Origin: an uncultured Candidatus Saccharibacteria bacterium
GTDB taxonomy: Bacteria > Patescibacteriota > Saccharimonadia > Saccharimonadales > CAYLGV01
NCBI GenBank assembly: GCA_964394925.1
Contig: CAYMZG010000001.1
Location: forward strand, 131,656 to 195,655
Direction: 5' to 3'
Length of the DNA: 64,000 nt
The notes under the pieces are model-generated. The model saw only the letters and a list, made by a program, of their open reading frames with translations, was not told where the DNA came from and ran no database searches. Positions 40,518 to 50,374 of this stretch are shown piece after piece. How positions within the stretch are numbered: the stretch's first letter is position 1; the number at the start of each line of letters is the position of its first letter. Position numbers and translations under genes: made by a program.

Positions 40518-40531
40518 GTAAGGAATACTAT
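40503..40531 (+). promoter_or_regulatory. pncA operon promoter (TTGACA-17-TACTAT)
   Basis: Hexamers at 40503..40508 and 40526..40531 with a 17-nt spacer. SD AAAGGAGAG is at 40572..40580 and the ATG at 40586. Confidence 0.6.
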
Positions 40532-40544
40532 GGGGGCAAGTTAC

Positions 40545-40565
40545 TTAGTGTAGCTTATACAATAA
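40545..40565. promoter_or_regulatory. predicted NrtR operator 4 (TTAGTGT-N7-ACAATAA)
   Basis: One mismatch to the palindrome. Its centre is 48 bp from operator 3, the same spacing as the nadE pair. Confidence 0.5.
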
Positions 40566-40585
40566 CTAGCAAAAGGAGAGACATC

Positions 40586-41251
40586 ATGAACAACAAAGAG
40601 TATGCATTTGGATTAATCGACGCACAACGTGGCTTTATGCCGGCAGATGAGGGTGAGCGATTACAAGTAGAGGGCTTTGGTCAATTGCCCGTTCCACAGG
40701 GCGAGCGCATTGTGGCCAATGTTAATCGTCTGCTCGGCGCTTTTGCTATGCATGACCTACCGACTTTCACTACGCAAGATTGGCACCCTTATGAAACTGG
40801 TCACTTTGCCGATGAGCCAGATTACGTAAACACCTGGCCTCGCCACTGCGTTGCCGGTACACCAGGCGCCGAACTACACCCCGGCATTGCCGTACCCGAC
40901 ACTACCGAGCGCTTCTATAAGGGCTTCGTGCCTTTGGACGAAGGTGATCAAGACAACAGTTACACCGGCTTCTTGGGCTTCAACAAGCGTTTTGAGCGCC
41001 TACCTGAATGGCTCGAAAAGCAAGGTGTTCGCCACGTAGTACTTGGTGGCCTAGCGCTTGACTATTGCCTGAAGGCAACTGCCCTTGACCTACGACAGCA
41101 ACTTGGCCTAAACGTTGTGGTTGCCGTTGACACTACTCACCCAGTTACCCAAGACACTGGCATCCTGGCCATCCGCGAAATGGAGCGGGCTGGTATTCAG
41201 TTTGCGGCTACCGACGAAATCGTTCGCCACTTAGAGAAAGCAATGGCATAA
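40586..41251 (+). CDS. pncA: nicotinamidase (isochorismatase family)
   Basis: LIDAQRGFMP, TWPRHCVAGTPGAE and GLALDYCLKATALD motifs. The start was chosen at the ATG with a good SD. The ORF-track start at 40442 would run through the promoter and operators. Confidence 0.85.
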   Translation: MNNKEYAFGLIDAQRGFMPADEGERLQVEGFGQLPVPQGERIVANVNRLLGAFAMHDLPTFTTQDWHPYETGHFADEPDYVNTWPRHCVAGTPGAELHPGIAVPDTTERFYKGFVPLDEGDQDNSYTGFLGFNKRFERLPEWLEKQGVRHVVLGGLALDYCLKATALDLRQQLGLNVVVAVDTTHPVTQDTGILAIREMERAGIQFAATDEIVRHLEKAMA

Positions 41252-41274
41252 GCGGAGGAATGAAGGAGAACGTT

Positions 41275-42564
41275 ATGAGAACTTTTGAGCAAACCCCACA
41301 AGTTGAATACGGACCACTGCAGGAAGCTATCGGCTTATCTGGTGGCCTAGACCAATACAAGTTAACAATGAGCCAGTTCCAGTACGAGAATGAGCCGGAT
41401 GCAGATGTCACCTTTACATTTAAGAATCGAGGCGAGCAGCGGCTGGCCGACTATATAGATCCCACGTCACTCCAAGAACGATTTGATGTCATGCGTATGG
41501 TCGGCTGGAGCGAGCAAGAGTTGGCCTATTTCCGAAGTATCAAGACGCCAAGTGGCGAACCACTCTTAACAGATGAATACGTTGATTACCTGCAAAACAA
41601 CGAGTTACCAGAAATAGCGGTAACGGTTGATCCAGAAACACAAGATATCGCCATAGAAACAACCGGCCAGTGGCCCATGGTGACTTTCTGGGAAACCATC
41701 GTGATGAGTGAAGTTAACGAAGCCTACTTTGAAGGCTTTGTACGTGCACATGATCTCGATATATTTGACCTTTACGATGAGGGCGCCAGACGTCTTGATG
41801 AGAAAATAGCTATACTGCAAGAAAATCCAGACATCAAGTTTGTAAACTTTGGGACACGACGACACTTTTCCCTGCGCTGGCACCGTTATGTCGACGAGCA
41901 ATTAAGAAATCGATGTCCCGAAAATCTATTGGGTACAAGCAATTTGGCAACCGCTAGAGAGTTAGGACTAACCCCATCGGGAACATTTGCTCACGAAATG
42001 CCCATGGTCTACTGTGGCCTAGCCGACGCTCGAGATGAAGACATTAGGGCTGCGCACGGCACCTTCCTAACCCAGTGGGTAGAACGTTACCCAGATTACG
42101 ACGTAGCTTTGACCGACACCTTCACCACAGATTTCTTCTTTGACGACTTTACGGCTGAACAAGCACAGGCATACCGTAAGTTACGCCAAGACTCTGGTGA
42201 CCCTTACGAGTTTGGCAAAAAAGCAATCGAATTCTATGAAACTCAGGGCATAGACCCTCATGAAAAAACAATCGTGTTTAGCGATGGCCTGGATATCGAA
42301 CAAATTCTTGATTTACACGAATACTTCAAAGGCCAAATTAACGTGGTGTTTGGTTGGGGCACGACCCTAACCAATGACCTAGGCGTTAAGCCACTAAACA
42401 TTGTGATGAAAGCCACCGAAGTAAACGGCGTAAAGACAGTCAAACTGAGCGACGATGACGGTAAGCACACTGGTCCAGAAGATAGCGTCAACCGCTACGA
42501 AGTAACGTTTAAACCACGAAAGGAGCAGCGCCATGAACGAGCTCTTGCGTCTACTCAGTGTTAA
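41275..42564 (+). CDS. pncB: nicotinate phosphoribosyltransferase
   Basis: YKLTM near the N-terminus, FGTRRH, TFAHEM and FGWGT motifs. Start chosen at the ATG 6 nt after SD AAGGAG; the track start is 41260. Confidence 0.85.
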   Translation: MRTFEQTPQVEYGPLQEAIGLSGGLDQYKLTMSQFQYENEPDADVTFTFKNRGEQRLADYIDPTSLQERFDVMRMVGWSEQELAYFRSIKTPSGEPLLTDEYVDYLQNNELPEIAVTVDPETQDIAIETTGQWPMVTFWETIVMSEVNEAYFEGFVRAHDLDIFDLYDEGARRLDEKIAILQENPDIKFVNFGTRRHFSLRWHRYVDEQLRNRCPENLLGTSNLATARELGLTPSGTFAHEMPMVYCGLADARDEDIRAAHGTFLTQWVERYPDYDVALTDTFTTDFFFDDFTAEQAQAYRKLRQDSGDPYEFGKKAIEFYETQGIDPHEKTIVFSDGLDIEQILDLHEYFKGQINVVFGWGTTLTNDLGVKPLNIVMKATEVNGVKTVKLSDDDGKHTGPEDSVNRYEVTFKPRKEQRHERALASTQC

Positions 42565-43246
42565 CACCACCTTCTTTACGATTCTGGGTTATCAGATGAG
42601 TTACATCGAATTCTTTGGAACAATTTTCAACCTCGCCTGTGTCTATCTGCTGGTTCGTAAGAACATTTGGAACTGGCCCATCGGCATCATCGGCGTCGTG
42701 TTGTTTGCCGTTCTGTTCTACCAACTACACCTGTACGCCGACCTATTTGAACAGGGCTACTACTTTGTAACCGGCTTCATTGGCTGGTACGCCTGGGCGA
42801 AAACGCGCAAACCACGCCAAGCTGATGAAGAAATTATTGTTAAACTCAATAACCTCAGAACCAACTTACTTTGGTTGGCCATCATTGCAGTCTTTACAGC
42901 AATCTTCACCTGGGTCATGAGCAATGTCAACATTTGGCTCCCGAGCCTCTTCCCCGAGCCCGCTGCCCTGCCATTCCTCGATGTCTTAACAACCGTCATG
43001 AGCTTGGTGGCACAGGTTCTCATGATCCAAAAACGCCTCGAAAACTGGGTGCTCTGGATCATTGTTGATGTCATTGCCATCGGCCTGTACTGGTACAAAG
43101 GCATACCATTTGTTGCCATGCTCTACGTTGTCTTCTTGGTACTGGCCTGCATGGGACTGCGTACCTGGTTCTTAACCTATAGAAAGGATCGTCATGAAAA
43201 CGATGAAGAAGGGACTAGTGATCGGGAAGTTTTGGCCACCACATAA
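42533..43246 (+). CDS. pnuC: nicotinamide riboside transporter PnuC
   Basis: 237 aa and about 7 TM. Conserved Trp-rich PnuC pattern (NIWNWPIGI, GFIGWYAW, NWVLWIIVD). SD AAGGAG 7 nt upstream. Confidence 0.8.
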   Translation: MNELLRLLSVNTTFFTILGYQMSYIEFFGTIFNLACVYLLVRKNIWNWPIGIIGVVLFAVLFYQLHLYADLFEQGYYFVTGFIGWYAWAKTRKPRQADEEIIVKLNNLRTNLLWLAIIAVFTAIFTWVMSNVNIWLPSLFPEPAALPFLDVLTTVMSLVAQVLMIQKRLENWVLWIIVDVIAIGLYWYKGIPFVAMLYVVFLVLACMGLRTWFLTYRKDRHENDEEGTSDREVLATT

Positions 43247-44168
43247 AGGCCACAGCTATTTGATTGACTTTGCGAACGAACACGTCGAGGAGCTGGATGT
43301 GCTTGTTTGCGACAATCCCACCTACACTATTCCGGCAGCTCAACGAGTCGCCTGGCTACAAGCTCTGCACCCCACCGCAAATGTCCGAATAATCCCCGAC
43401 CTCGATAACGATGATGATTCTGAGCTGTGGGCCGCCTACACAACCGCATATTTAGGGTACACACCTGATGTCGTCTTTAGCTCAGAAGCGTACGGTCCGG
43501 TCTATGCCGATTGCATGGGTGCCGACCATGTGATGGTCGACCAGCCTCGGGAACGATTTCCTATCTCAGCCCGATACATCCGCCGTGACCGACTCACCAA
43601 CCTGAACTTTTTGGATGATACCGTTAAGCAAGCCTTGTGTTACAGGATATGCGTACTGGGAGCTGAATCGACGGGCACTACTACGTTGTCGATGGCCCTC
43701 GCCAAACACTACAAAGCAGCGTGGGTACCCGAGTTCGGGCGTACTTACACCGAAGCCCTGCAGTTTCAAAAGACAGATTGGGGTCACGAGGAATTCTTGC
43801 ACATTGCTCGTGAGCAACAACGCATGGAAGATGATTTGGCAAGGCGATCCGACGGCTTGCTCATCTGTGACACCAATGCCTTTGCCACACAGCTTTGGGA
43901 AGAACGCTATACTGGCTCAATCTCGGAAGAGCTACTCGACTTTGGCTGTAGGCCACCAGATTTGTACATATTAACCGACGTAAATATACCGTTCGAGCAA
44001 GATGGCATACGCGACGGCGAACACATCCGCCATGCCATGCACCAACGCTTTGTTGAAGCTCTCGAAGCACAGGACATACCCTATGTTATTGTTACTGGGA
44101 CACGAAAACAACGTCTCATCAAAGCCACCACCAAAATTGATGAACTCCTGAAAGGAAAACAGTTATGA
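43194..44168 (+). CDS. nadR: NadR-like bifunctional NMN adenylyltransferase / ribosylnicotinamide kinase (no HTH domain)
   Basis: [14 protein letters not shown] (NMNAT motif) and the P-loop [12 protein letters not shown] of the kinase domain. Ends in TGA. Confidence 0.8.
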   Translation: MKTMKKGLVIGKFWPPHKGHSYLIDFANEHVEELDVLVCDNPTYTIPAAQRVAWLQALHPTANVRIIPDLDNDDDSELWAAYTTAYLGYTPDVVFSSEAYGPVYADCMGADHVMVDQPRERFPISARYIRRDRLTNLNFLDDTVKQALCYRICVLGAESTGTTTLSMALAKHYKAAWVPEFGRTYTEALQFQKTDWGHEEFLHIAREQQRMEDDLARRSDGLLICDTNAFATQLWEERYTGSISEELLDFGCRPPDLYILTDVNIPFEQDGIRDGEHIRHAMHQRFVEALEAQDIPYVIVTGTRKQRLIKATTKIDELLKGKQL

Positions 44169-44947
44169 CTGAATCATTAAGTAGTAATGAAATTATGGAC
44201 GAACAGTGGTTTCGGGAAGGCAGTCTCGCGCTACTTCGAGAGCAACTGGCTCGTCAAAGTTACCCAGGCTACCCTTCTCAAAACGAACGCCTATGTGCTA
44301 TGGATGGCGGTTGGCACGATCTATTACCGCTACCGCCCGGTCCGTGGGAGACCTCAGCGGGCTCCGTACCAAACGCCCACGAGCGTGATAGCCTGGCTGC
44401 TCGCGGGCTACAACTTGATACGTCTGGACGACCACTCCACCCCTGGCTGTATGACATGCTTAGCGATCCTACTATAGGAGTTGTGACAGGTAAGGGCTTC
44501 TACTGGAAATGGGGGCCGAACTACACAGCCGACCCGATTGTGGTACGCCGTGACCTTGGCGAGCCACACGTGCTGCTCATTGAGCGGTCCGATAAAACTG
44601 GCTGGGCCTTGCCTGGCGGCTTTGTTGATGGCGACGAAACCGGCATACAAGCCGCCGTGCGAGAAGCCAAAGAAGAGACCGGTCTTGAACTAGCTGAGCT
44701 GAGCCCTTTGGTAACAGTCACCTACACCGGCCCATTAGCCGACCTGCGAGTAACCGCCAATGCCTGGCCAGAGACCACTGCCGTGCGTTTCGATATCCCT
44801 GACGCCGAAGCAGACAGACTGCCGAATGGCACCTGGCAAGGCTCCGATGACGCACTTACAGCCGGCTGGTTTCCGATCACCGAACTCGACACGAAACTAT
44901 TTGGTTCACACGCCCTATTGATCAAGCAAGCGCTTGGTCAAGCTTAG
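44165..44947 (+). CDS. NUDT9-like ADP-ribose pyrophosphatase (Nudix)
   Basis: Canonical Nudix box [24 protein letters not shown], preceded by the NUDT9-type segment [19 protein letters not shown]. Confidence 0.75.
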   Translation: MTESLSSNEIMDEQWFREGSLALLREQLARQSYPGYPSQNERLCAMDGGWHDLLPLPPGPWETSAGSVPNAHERDSLAARGLQLDTSGRPLHPWLYDMLSDPTIGVVTGKGFYWKWGPNYTADPIVVRRDLGEPHVLLIERSDKTGWALPGGFVDGDETGIQAAVREAKEETGLELAELSPLVTVTYTGPLADLRVTANAWPETTAVRFDIPDAEADRLPNGTWQGSDDALTAGWFPITELDTKLFGSHALLIKQALGQA

Positions 44948-44953
44948 TAGCCG

Positions 44954-45709
44954 TTACGAGATTGCACTCATCAGCGCATCAAAATTTTTGGCGTGAGCCA
45001 CGAGGAAGTTCTTGTCGTCAAAATCATAATCGTCTTTGCCGAGATTGGCCATTTTGGCTCCCGTCTCGGTAAAGAGTAAGTAGCGAGGCCAATAGTCCCA
45101 CGGCCCGCCACCAGCACGAAGGTTTATCATGCCGTCTACTCGGCCAGCGGCGATTGCATCCACTCCAACTCGTATCGAAAAACCGTTAATCTGTTTGCGC
45201 AAAGCACGCACTTTTTCTACATGTTCTTGGTCAAATAAATCTACTGACATTTCGAGCCAACAGCGGTCAAGTGGACGCCAACGCATCTCAACCTGATCGC
45301 CATTCAGCGTGGCACCTTTGGCAGCACGTGCCAGCCATAGATCATCTTTAGCGAAAAAGTAGGTGAGGCCCCAGACGGGCTTGCCCTTGTCCATCAAGCA
45401 AACCAGGTTCTTGCAGCCAGGCAAACCGCGAATGAAGTGCTCCGTACCATCAATGGGATCAAGCAACCAGTAGGTGTCCTTGTTGCCTGCCTGGCCATGC
45501 TCTTCGCCAAGTAGCCCCACGCCTGCGTCAAATTTCGTCAAAGCGTCGCGAAGTTCCAGTTCGAGGCTTTTATCGAGTGATGTTACTACCGTATCATCAG
45601 CCTTGGTTACATAGTCAATGGTGCCATATGCCTGCATCAGTTCAGGTCGAGCACCCTTAAGAACGCCCATAATAACTGCTTCCGCTTGCTTGAAATACAT
45701 ATCATCCAT
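44954..45709 (-). CDS. inositol monophosphatase family phosphatase
   Basis: WLLDPIDGTEHF metal-binding motif and a distal WDY motif, 251 aa. Confidence 0.75.
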   Translation of the reverse strand: MDDMYFKQAEAVIMGVLKGARPELMQAYGTIDYVTKADDTVVTSLDKSLELELRDALTKFDAGVGLLGEEHGQAGNKDTYWLLDPIDGTEHFIRGLPGCKNLVCLMDKGKPVWGLTYFFAKDDLWLARAAKGATLNGDQVEMRWRPLDRCWLEMSVDLFDQEHVEKVRALRKQINGFSIRVGVDAIAAGRVDGMINLRAGGGPWDYWPRYLLFTETGAKMANLGKDDYDFDDKNFLVAHAKNFDALMSAIS

Positions 45710-45712
45710 GGC

Positions 45713-47164
45713 TTATGCCGCCTGCGCCCGTGGGTTTTCTTTTCGAGGGAACAGTGTACCTTCAAGTGGTCGTACCACACCCTCTTCAAAAACATGTCGG
45801 ATCTTTACCGAGGTTTCGGGCATAAACGGCGCCAGCATCTCGGCGATTTCTAGCAAGCAGCTCACCTGGTAGGCGAGCACTTCGCGGAGGTGGTCTTTGT
45901 CTTCGCTCTTAGCGATCTCCCACGGCTTGGCCTCATCGATATATTGGTTAAGTCCACGCACCTGCTCCCAAACTTCGTCTAGGGCGCGGTCAAATCGACA
46001 GTCTTCCAGTGCCTTAATGTAACCAGCTTGGTCATGTTCCGACGGTGGTGTGTGACCAATAATGCCGTTTTCGTACTGCTTGATCATGGCAGCGGTTCGT
46101 TGCACAGCGTTACCCAGTTCGTTGGCCAATTCACCATTGTAGGCCTTGAACAAGCGGTCCCAGCTAAAATCACCATCTTCGTAACTGGGCATGTGGCGTA
46201 AGAAATAATAGCGAAACACATCAGCGCTGTACTCGTTAACTACGTCCATAGGATCCACAACGTTACCGAGTGACTTGCTCATCTTTTTACCTTCGCTGGT
46301 AATAAAACCGTGGACGTACAGCGTTTTGGCCATCGGCAGGCCAAGGCCCAGCAACATGCCCGGCCAGATAGCCGCATGGAAGCGTAAAATATCTTTACCA
46401 ATAACCTGCACATTGGCGGGCCAGAACTTCTTAAAGTCTTCGTGCTCAGGGTAACCAAGCACTGTTATATAGTTCATGAGCGCCTCGAACCATACATACA
46501 TCACCTGTGTGTCATCGCCCGGCACTGGAATACCCCATGAGATCTTATCGGCTGGCCGCGAAATACTAATATCTTCCAGGCCATCTTTAAAAACCTGCAG
46601 AATTTCATGCTTGCGTGTTGCGGGCACGATGCGGAAGGAGCCGTCTTCAATGGCTTTCTGAATCTTGGGAGCATAGGCGCTCAACTTGAAGAAATAGTTC
46701 TCTTCTTCAATCTTTTCGTAAGCTCGGTTGTGGTTAGGACAAATGCCGTTGTTTTCTTTTACGACTGCTTCGGTAAAGAAGGCTTCGTCACCCGTACAAT
46801 ACCACCCCGTGTAACTGCCTTTGTAAATGTCTTTTTTAAGGTTCTCCCAAATGATCTGAGCCCGTTGTTCGTGACCTTCATCGGTGGTACGAATAAAGCG
46901 ATCATTGCTAATATTCAGGGCTTTGGCTAGATCACGAAATTGCTGGCTTATACCGTCAGCGTAGGCTTTGGGCGTAATACCCTGTTCTTCGGCTTTCTCG
47001 GCAATCTTGCCACCATGCTCATCGGTACCGGTACTAAAAATGACCGGCTTGCCTTGCTGGCGAGCAGCTCGTGCCAGTGCATCTGCCATCACAAATTCAA
47101 GGGCATGGCCAATATGTGGCGGCCCATTTACATACGGAATCGAGGTTGTCACATAGTAATTCAC
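45713..47164 (-). CDS. metG: methionine--tRNA ligase (short form)
   Basis: HIGH motif PHIGHALE and KMSKS motif KKMSKSLGN, 483 aa. Confidence 0.95.
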   Translation of the reverse strand: MNYYVTTSIPYVNGPPHIGHALEFVMADALARAARQQGKPVIFSTGTDEHGGKIAEKAEEQGITPKAYADGISQQFRDLAKALNISNDRFIRTTDEGHEQRAQIIWENLKKDIYKGSYTGWYCTGDEAFFTEAVVKENNGICPNHNRAYEKIEEENYFFKLSAYAPKIQKAIEDGSFRIVPATRKHEILQVFKDGLEDISISRPADKISWGIPVPGDDTQVMYVWFEALMNYITVLGYPEHEDFKKFWPANVQVIGKDILRFHAAIWPGMLLGLGLPMAKTLYVHGFITSEGKKMSKSLGNVVDPMDVVNEYSADVFRYYFLRHMPSYEDGDFSWDRLFKAYNGELANELGNAVQRTAAMIKQYENGIIGHTPPSEHDQAGYIKALEDCRFDRALDEVWEQVRGLNQYIDEAKPWEIAKSEDKDHLREVLAYQVSCLLEIAEMLAPFMPETSVKIRHVFEEGVVRPLEGTLFPRKENPRAQAA

Positions 47165-47220
47165 CGTGTCAGTATAACAGATTGAGGAGCAGCGTGCTGA
47201 GTCAGAACCGAAATGGGCAC

Positions 47221-47904
47221 CTAGCGTGATGCTGAATTATATGATGCGATATACTCATATGTCCACTCGGCTTGTTCGGGTCGAATTGACGACCCATGAG
47301 CTTGCAGGATCTCAGTAGCTAGACGCATGCCAAATACTTTCGTCAAACTATAGCCCGCTGCCGCAAGGGCAGCCTCTCCACCCTCTTCACGATCTATAAG
47401 CACCGCGAATTCAGGGACTGCCAAGCCCGCTGCCTCAATCAGGCCAGCAGATTCGTATTTAGTGTCACCGTTGCCGATTACATTATCCATGCCAATAACC
47501 GCATCACCCTTTGTGAACACACCTTCGATAGGTGAGTGCTTACCATAACCGTTTTTAGCTTCGGGTGTTCGTTGGTACAGGAGTGAGCGTCCACTGACTA
47601 GAGCAACCGCACCAATAATGGGATTGATGGCCTGTGGGAGATTAAGTATGTGATCATGATCGTACCTCGCATGATCAAGCGCAAATGCGTAGCCCTCAAC
47701 TGTAAGCCGAGCAAGTCGTCGTTGCTTTGCAAGCGGCATTTCAAGGCTTGGCGAGAACGACATGATCCCCCTGCCATTAAAAAAGTAGGGCGACATTCTG
47801 CCCGACCTGAGACGCGTAAACTCATCGGGTGAATTGGCATACACAAGCTCTCCTCGTTCATATAGCCCAACAATTAGCTCCTCAACATGCCTAAATTCAG
47901 CCAC
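47221..47904 (-). CDS. type I phosphoribosyltransferase, orotate PRTase-like
   Basis: LRSGRMSPYFFNGR resembles the PyrE PRPP-loop region. The PRPP-binding motif is divergent (VIGMDNVIGNGDT), so substrate is uncertain. Confidence 0.55.
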   Translation of the reverse strand: MAEFRHVEELIVGLYERGELVYANSPDEFTRLRSGRMSPYFFNGRGIMSFSPSLEMPLAKQRRLARLTVEGYAFALDHARYDHDHILNLPQAINPIIGAVALVSGRSLLYQRTPEAKNGYGKHSPIEGVFTKGDAVIGMDNVIGNGDTKYESAGLIEAAGLAVPEFAVLIDREEGGEAALAAAGYSLTKVFGMRLATEILQAHGSSIRPEQAEWTYEYIASYNSASR

Positions 47905-48005
47905 TGTAACGCCTCCCTATTCTCCACCCGCTTTGGTTTCTACTATTGTAAAGCCAAGTTGCTAAAAACAAATGCCTTGTGGTGCTTTATTACAACGAAT
48001 TAGTC

Positions 48006-48182
48006 CTAGGGCTGCTTAGTAGCCAGATGCCACATATGACAATGACGACATTTATATGCTATTAAGCCCAAACCGCGCTGCCATTCCACAGCGGCCGCCG
48101 CACCGGTTGCGGCATCTTTGCTTTCATAGGTAATCTTATCGGCACACGGTAGCTTATCTTCGTAGTTGAGTTCGTCGGTCAT
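48006..48182 (-). CDS. small Cys/His-containing hypothetical protein (58 aa, below the ORF-track cutoff)
   Basis: MTDELNYEDKLPCADKITYESKDAATGAAAAVEWQRGLGLIAYKCRHCHMWHLATKQP. ATG at 48182, TAG at 48008..48006. Lies 15 nt downstream of the trehalase stop. Confidence 0.35.
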   Translation of the reverse strand: MTDELNYEDKLPCADKITYESKDAATGAAAAVEWQRGLGLIAYKCRHCHMWHLATKQP

Positions 48183-48197
48183 GATTGCCTTGTTAAT

Positions 48198-49460
48198 TCA
48201 ACTACGCTTATCAATAAATTCATGGCAAAAGTATTCAAAGACTGCATTTGTCCAGCCAAAGCCAGTTTGCGAAGGATACACGCCACGAGCGGGTGGCTTG
48301 TCGGGCATAACCACGTTGTACTTTTCGAGGAAAACACCATGCTGGTTGAACCAGCCAAGATTGGTCTTTAGCCATTTCATGGCAATGCGTTTGGCGTCCT
48401 CACGATAGCCGTACGCTAGGAGGCCCTTCACAATCAAAAAATGGAGTGGCGCCCAGCCGTTTGGGTAGGCCCATTGTGTTGGCATCGACCCTGGTACATA
48501 CTGGCTAAGCTGCTGTACGTCGGTGGTCGCCAAGCCACCACGATTCTCGAAACGTTTTAAAGCTTTAACCATCTGTTTAGCTTGGTCAGGTGTCACCATG
48601 CCAGCCCACAGCGGGTAAAAGCCCGCTAGTGAGCTCACGGTACCACGCTTCTCTTTCACATAGTTGTAGTCGTAGTAGAAGCCGCGCAGATTGCTCCACA
48701 TGAGTTCATTCATGGTTTCTTTACGGTGTTCCGCGGCCACTTCCCATTTGGCTGCGCCGCGCACATCACCAATGTGTCGGTAATAACGCGCCAAATCCAT
48801 CTCATATTTGTACAACAGAGCGTTCAGATCAACGGGAGTGTAATTAAGTGCCTTGCGGCCAAAACGAGGGGTCATGTCCCAGCCACTTTCGGCTTCGGCA
48901 AGGTCATGCAATACATTAATGTCGTAATACCGAGATAGACCACGGTACACCTGCCGAGCATTGGGCTTTTTAGTACCCATCCACACTGTTTCGTATTCAG
49001 CTTCGGCAACAGCCATATTTTCTTTGAGCCATTTGTCGCTCAGCTTGTAATGAGTAAATAGATCCCAAATAAAGCTCGTCAAAAATGGTGGTTGGCTACG
49101 TCCCGTAAGATAGGTTCTTGAAGCGTTGGGAATGGAGCCTAGTCGTTTATAAAGTGTCGTCAAGTTTTCTAAGACGCCAAGGTTCAGTTCCTTATGCTCA
49201 TGATCGAGTAGACCCTGCAACATAAAATAACTGTCCCAGTAATACAGTTCATTGAAGTCAAAATCATGTCCCTCTTCAAACGCCGGCACCAGGTATGGTT
49301 TTGGTAGCCCCAGTAGGCTTTCGTCGTCTTTGGGGTGAAAACGCTCGAGGCGATGCCAATAACTGCGGATGTAGTCACGGGCCGTGGCGACGTCGTGGAC
49401 AGATAAGTCTTGGTGGCCTGGCCACAGTTTTTTGACAGCACTTTTGGGTTTATCGAGCAT
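48198..49460 (-). CDS. trehalase (GH37-like)
   Basis: YYWDSYF and QWAYPNGWAPLH motifs are characteristic of alpha,alpha-trehalases. At 420 aa it is shorter than typical enzymes. Confidence 0.8.
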   Translation of the reverse strand: MLDKPKSAVKKLWPGHQDLSVHDVATARDYIRSYWHRLERFHPKDDESLLGLPKPYLVPAFEEGHDFDFNELYYWDSYFMLQGLLDHEHKELNLGVLENLTTLYKRLGSIPNASRTYLTGRSQPPFLTSFIWDLFTHYKLSDKWLKENMAVAEAEYETVWMGTKKPNARQVYRGLSRYYDINVLHDLAEAESGWDMTPRFGRKALNYTPVDLNALLYKYEMDLARYYRHIGDVRGAAKWEVAAEHRKETMNELMWSNLRGFYYDYNYVKEKRGTVSSLAGFYPLWAGMVTPDQAKQMVKALKRFENRGGLATTDVQQLSQYVPGSMPTQWAYPNGWAPLHFLIVKGLLAYGYREDAKRIAMKWLKTNLGWFNQHGVFLEKYNVVMPDKPPARGVYPSQTGFGWTNAVFEYFCHEFIDKRS

Positions 49461-49512
49461 ACTTACCAGCCTATACGTTGGCAGGCAAGGGCGTCAAGCA
49501 TGAAGCCAGTGG

Positions 49513-50253
49513 TTATTGCACACCAACGAGTTGCACTTCAAAGATAAGCACTGCATTGGGCGGAATTGGACCCTGTCCTTGGGCGCCGTAACCGACTGCA
49601 GGTGGGACAATAACCAAGCGCCTACCGCCTACCTTCATGCCAAGAACTGTCTGCTCCCAACCTGGAATAACCTGATGTGCTCCTTCAGTGAAAACAAATG
49701 GTTGTTTTTGCCCTTTGCTATCTGTTTTGGTCTGATCGAATAACGTACCATCCGTTAACCAACCGCGGTAATATACTGCTGCTTTCATGTTGTTGCCAAG
49801 CTCTGCGCCGTTACCCTTCTCGACATCAGCAAAGAGAGCATCCTTGTTGTCTTTGTATTTATCGTACTGCTTGAAGGTTGTGGGATCAAAAGCGGATGCC
49901 GCATTATTGGAGTTCGAGCTGCTGCCACTGCCTGACTGGCTATTGCTGTTGCTTCCACTAGAACTAGAATTACCTAAATTACTGGGCGTTAGTTGTCCAA
50001 GGTTATAGGCCGAGCCCGTTCCACCACTGACACTAAGACCATTGCTGCTAGAACCACTGCCCTGCCCACTGTTGAGTGACACACTATCCGATCCAGTTGA
50101 TGCGCCCAGTGTTTCACTATCCTGGTTGGCTTGGGCGAGCCTGGCCTTTTCTTGGGCATCTTTACGAAGCACCCAGAATGTTGAACCACCAATGATACCG
50201 CCGACCAGCAGCACCATCACCACCACAAACACAATTATTTTGCTTTTTGACAT
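49513..50253 (-). CDS. membrane-anchored FKBP-type peptidyl-prolyl isomerase
   Basis: N-terminal TM, Ser/Gly/Asn-rich linker, and a C-terminal FKBP domain (VYYRGWLTDGTLFD...VIPGWEQTVLGMKVGGRR...YGAQG..IPPNAVLIFEVQL). Confidence 0.85.
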   Translation of the reverse strand: MSKSKIIVFVVVMVLLVGGIIGGSTFWVLRKDAQEKARLAQANQDSETLGASTGSDSVSLNSGQGSGSSSNGLSVSGGTGSAYNLGQLTPSNLGNSSSSGSNSNSQSGSGSSSNSNNAASAFDPTTFKQYDKYKDNKDALFADVEKGNGAELGNNMKAAVYYRGWLTDGTLFDQTKTDSKGQKQPFVFTEGAHQVIPGWEQTVLGMKVGGRRLVIVPPAVGYGAQGQGPIPPNAVLIFEVQLVGVQ

Positions 50254-50374
50254 GCTTGTTTCATTGTAGGTGATTATGCTTTGTATGACAAATTGACCTT
50301 TACAGACAGTTATTAAGCTGTTTGGATCTATCAGTAAGTTTAAACAACGGTCTTTAGAGGAGTTTCATGATTCA

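Noticed and set aside
40442-40585. N-terminal extension of pncA given by the ORF track (start at 40442)
   Set aside because: The extension would be translated through the TTGACA-17-TACTAT promoter and both palindromic operators, and it overlaps the divergent gene's start. A good SD plus ATG at 40586 gives a normal-length nicotinamidase.
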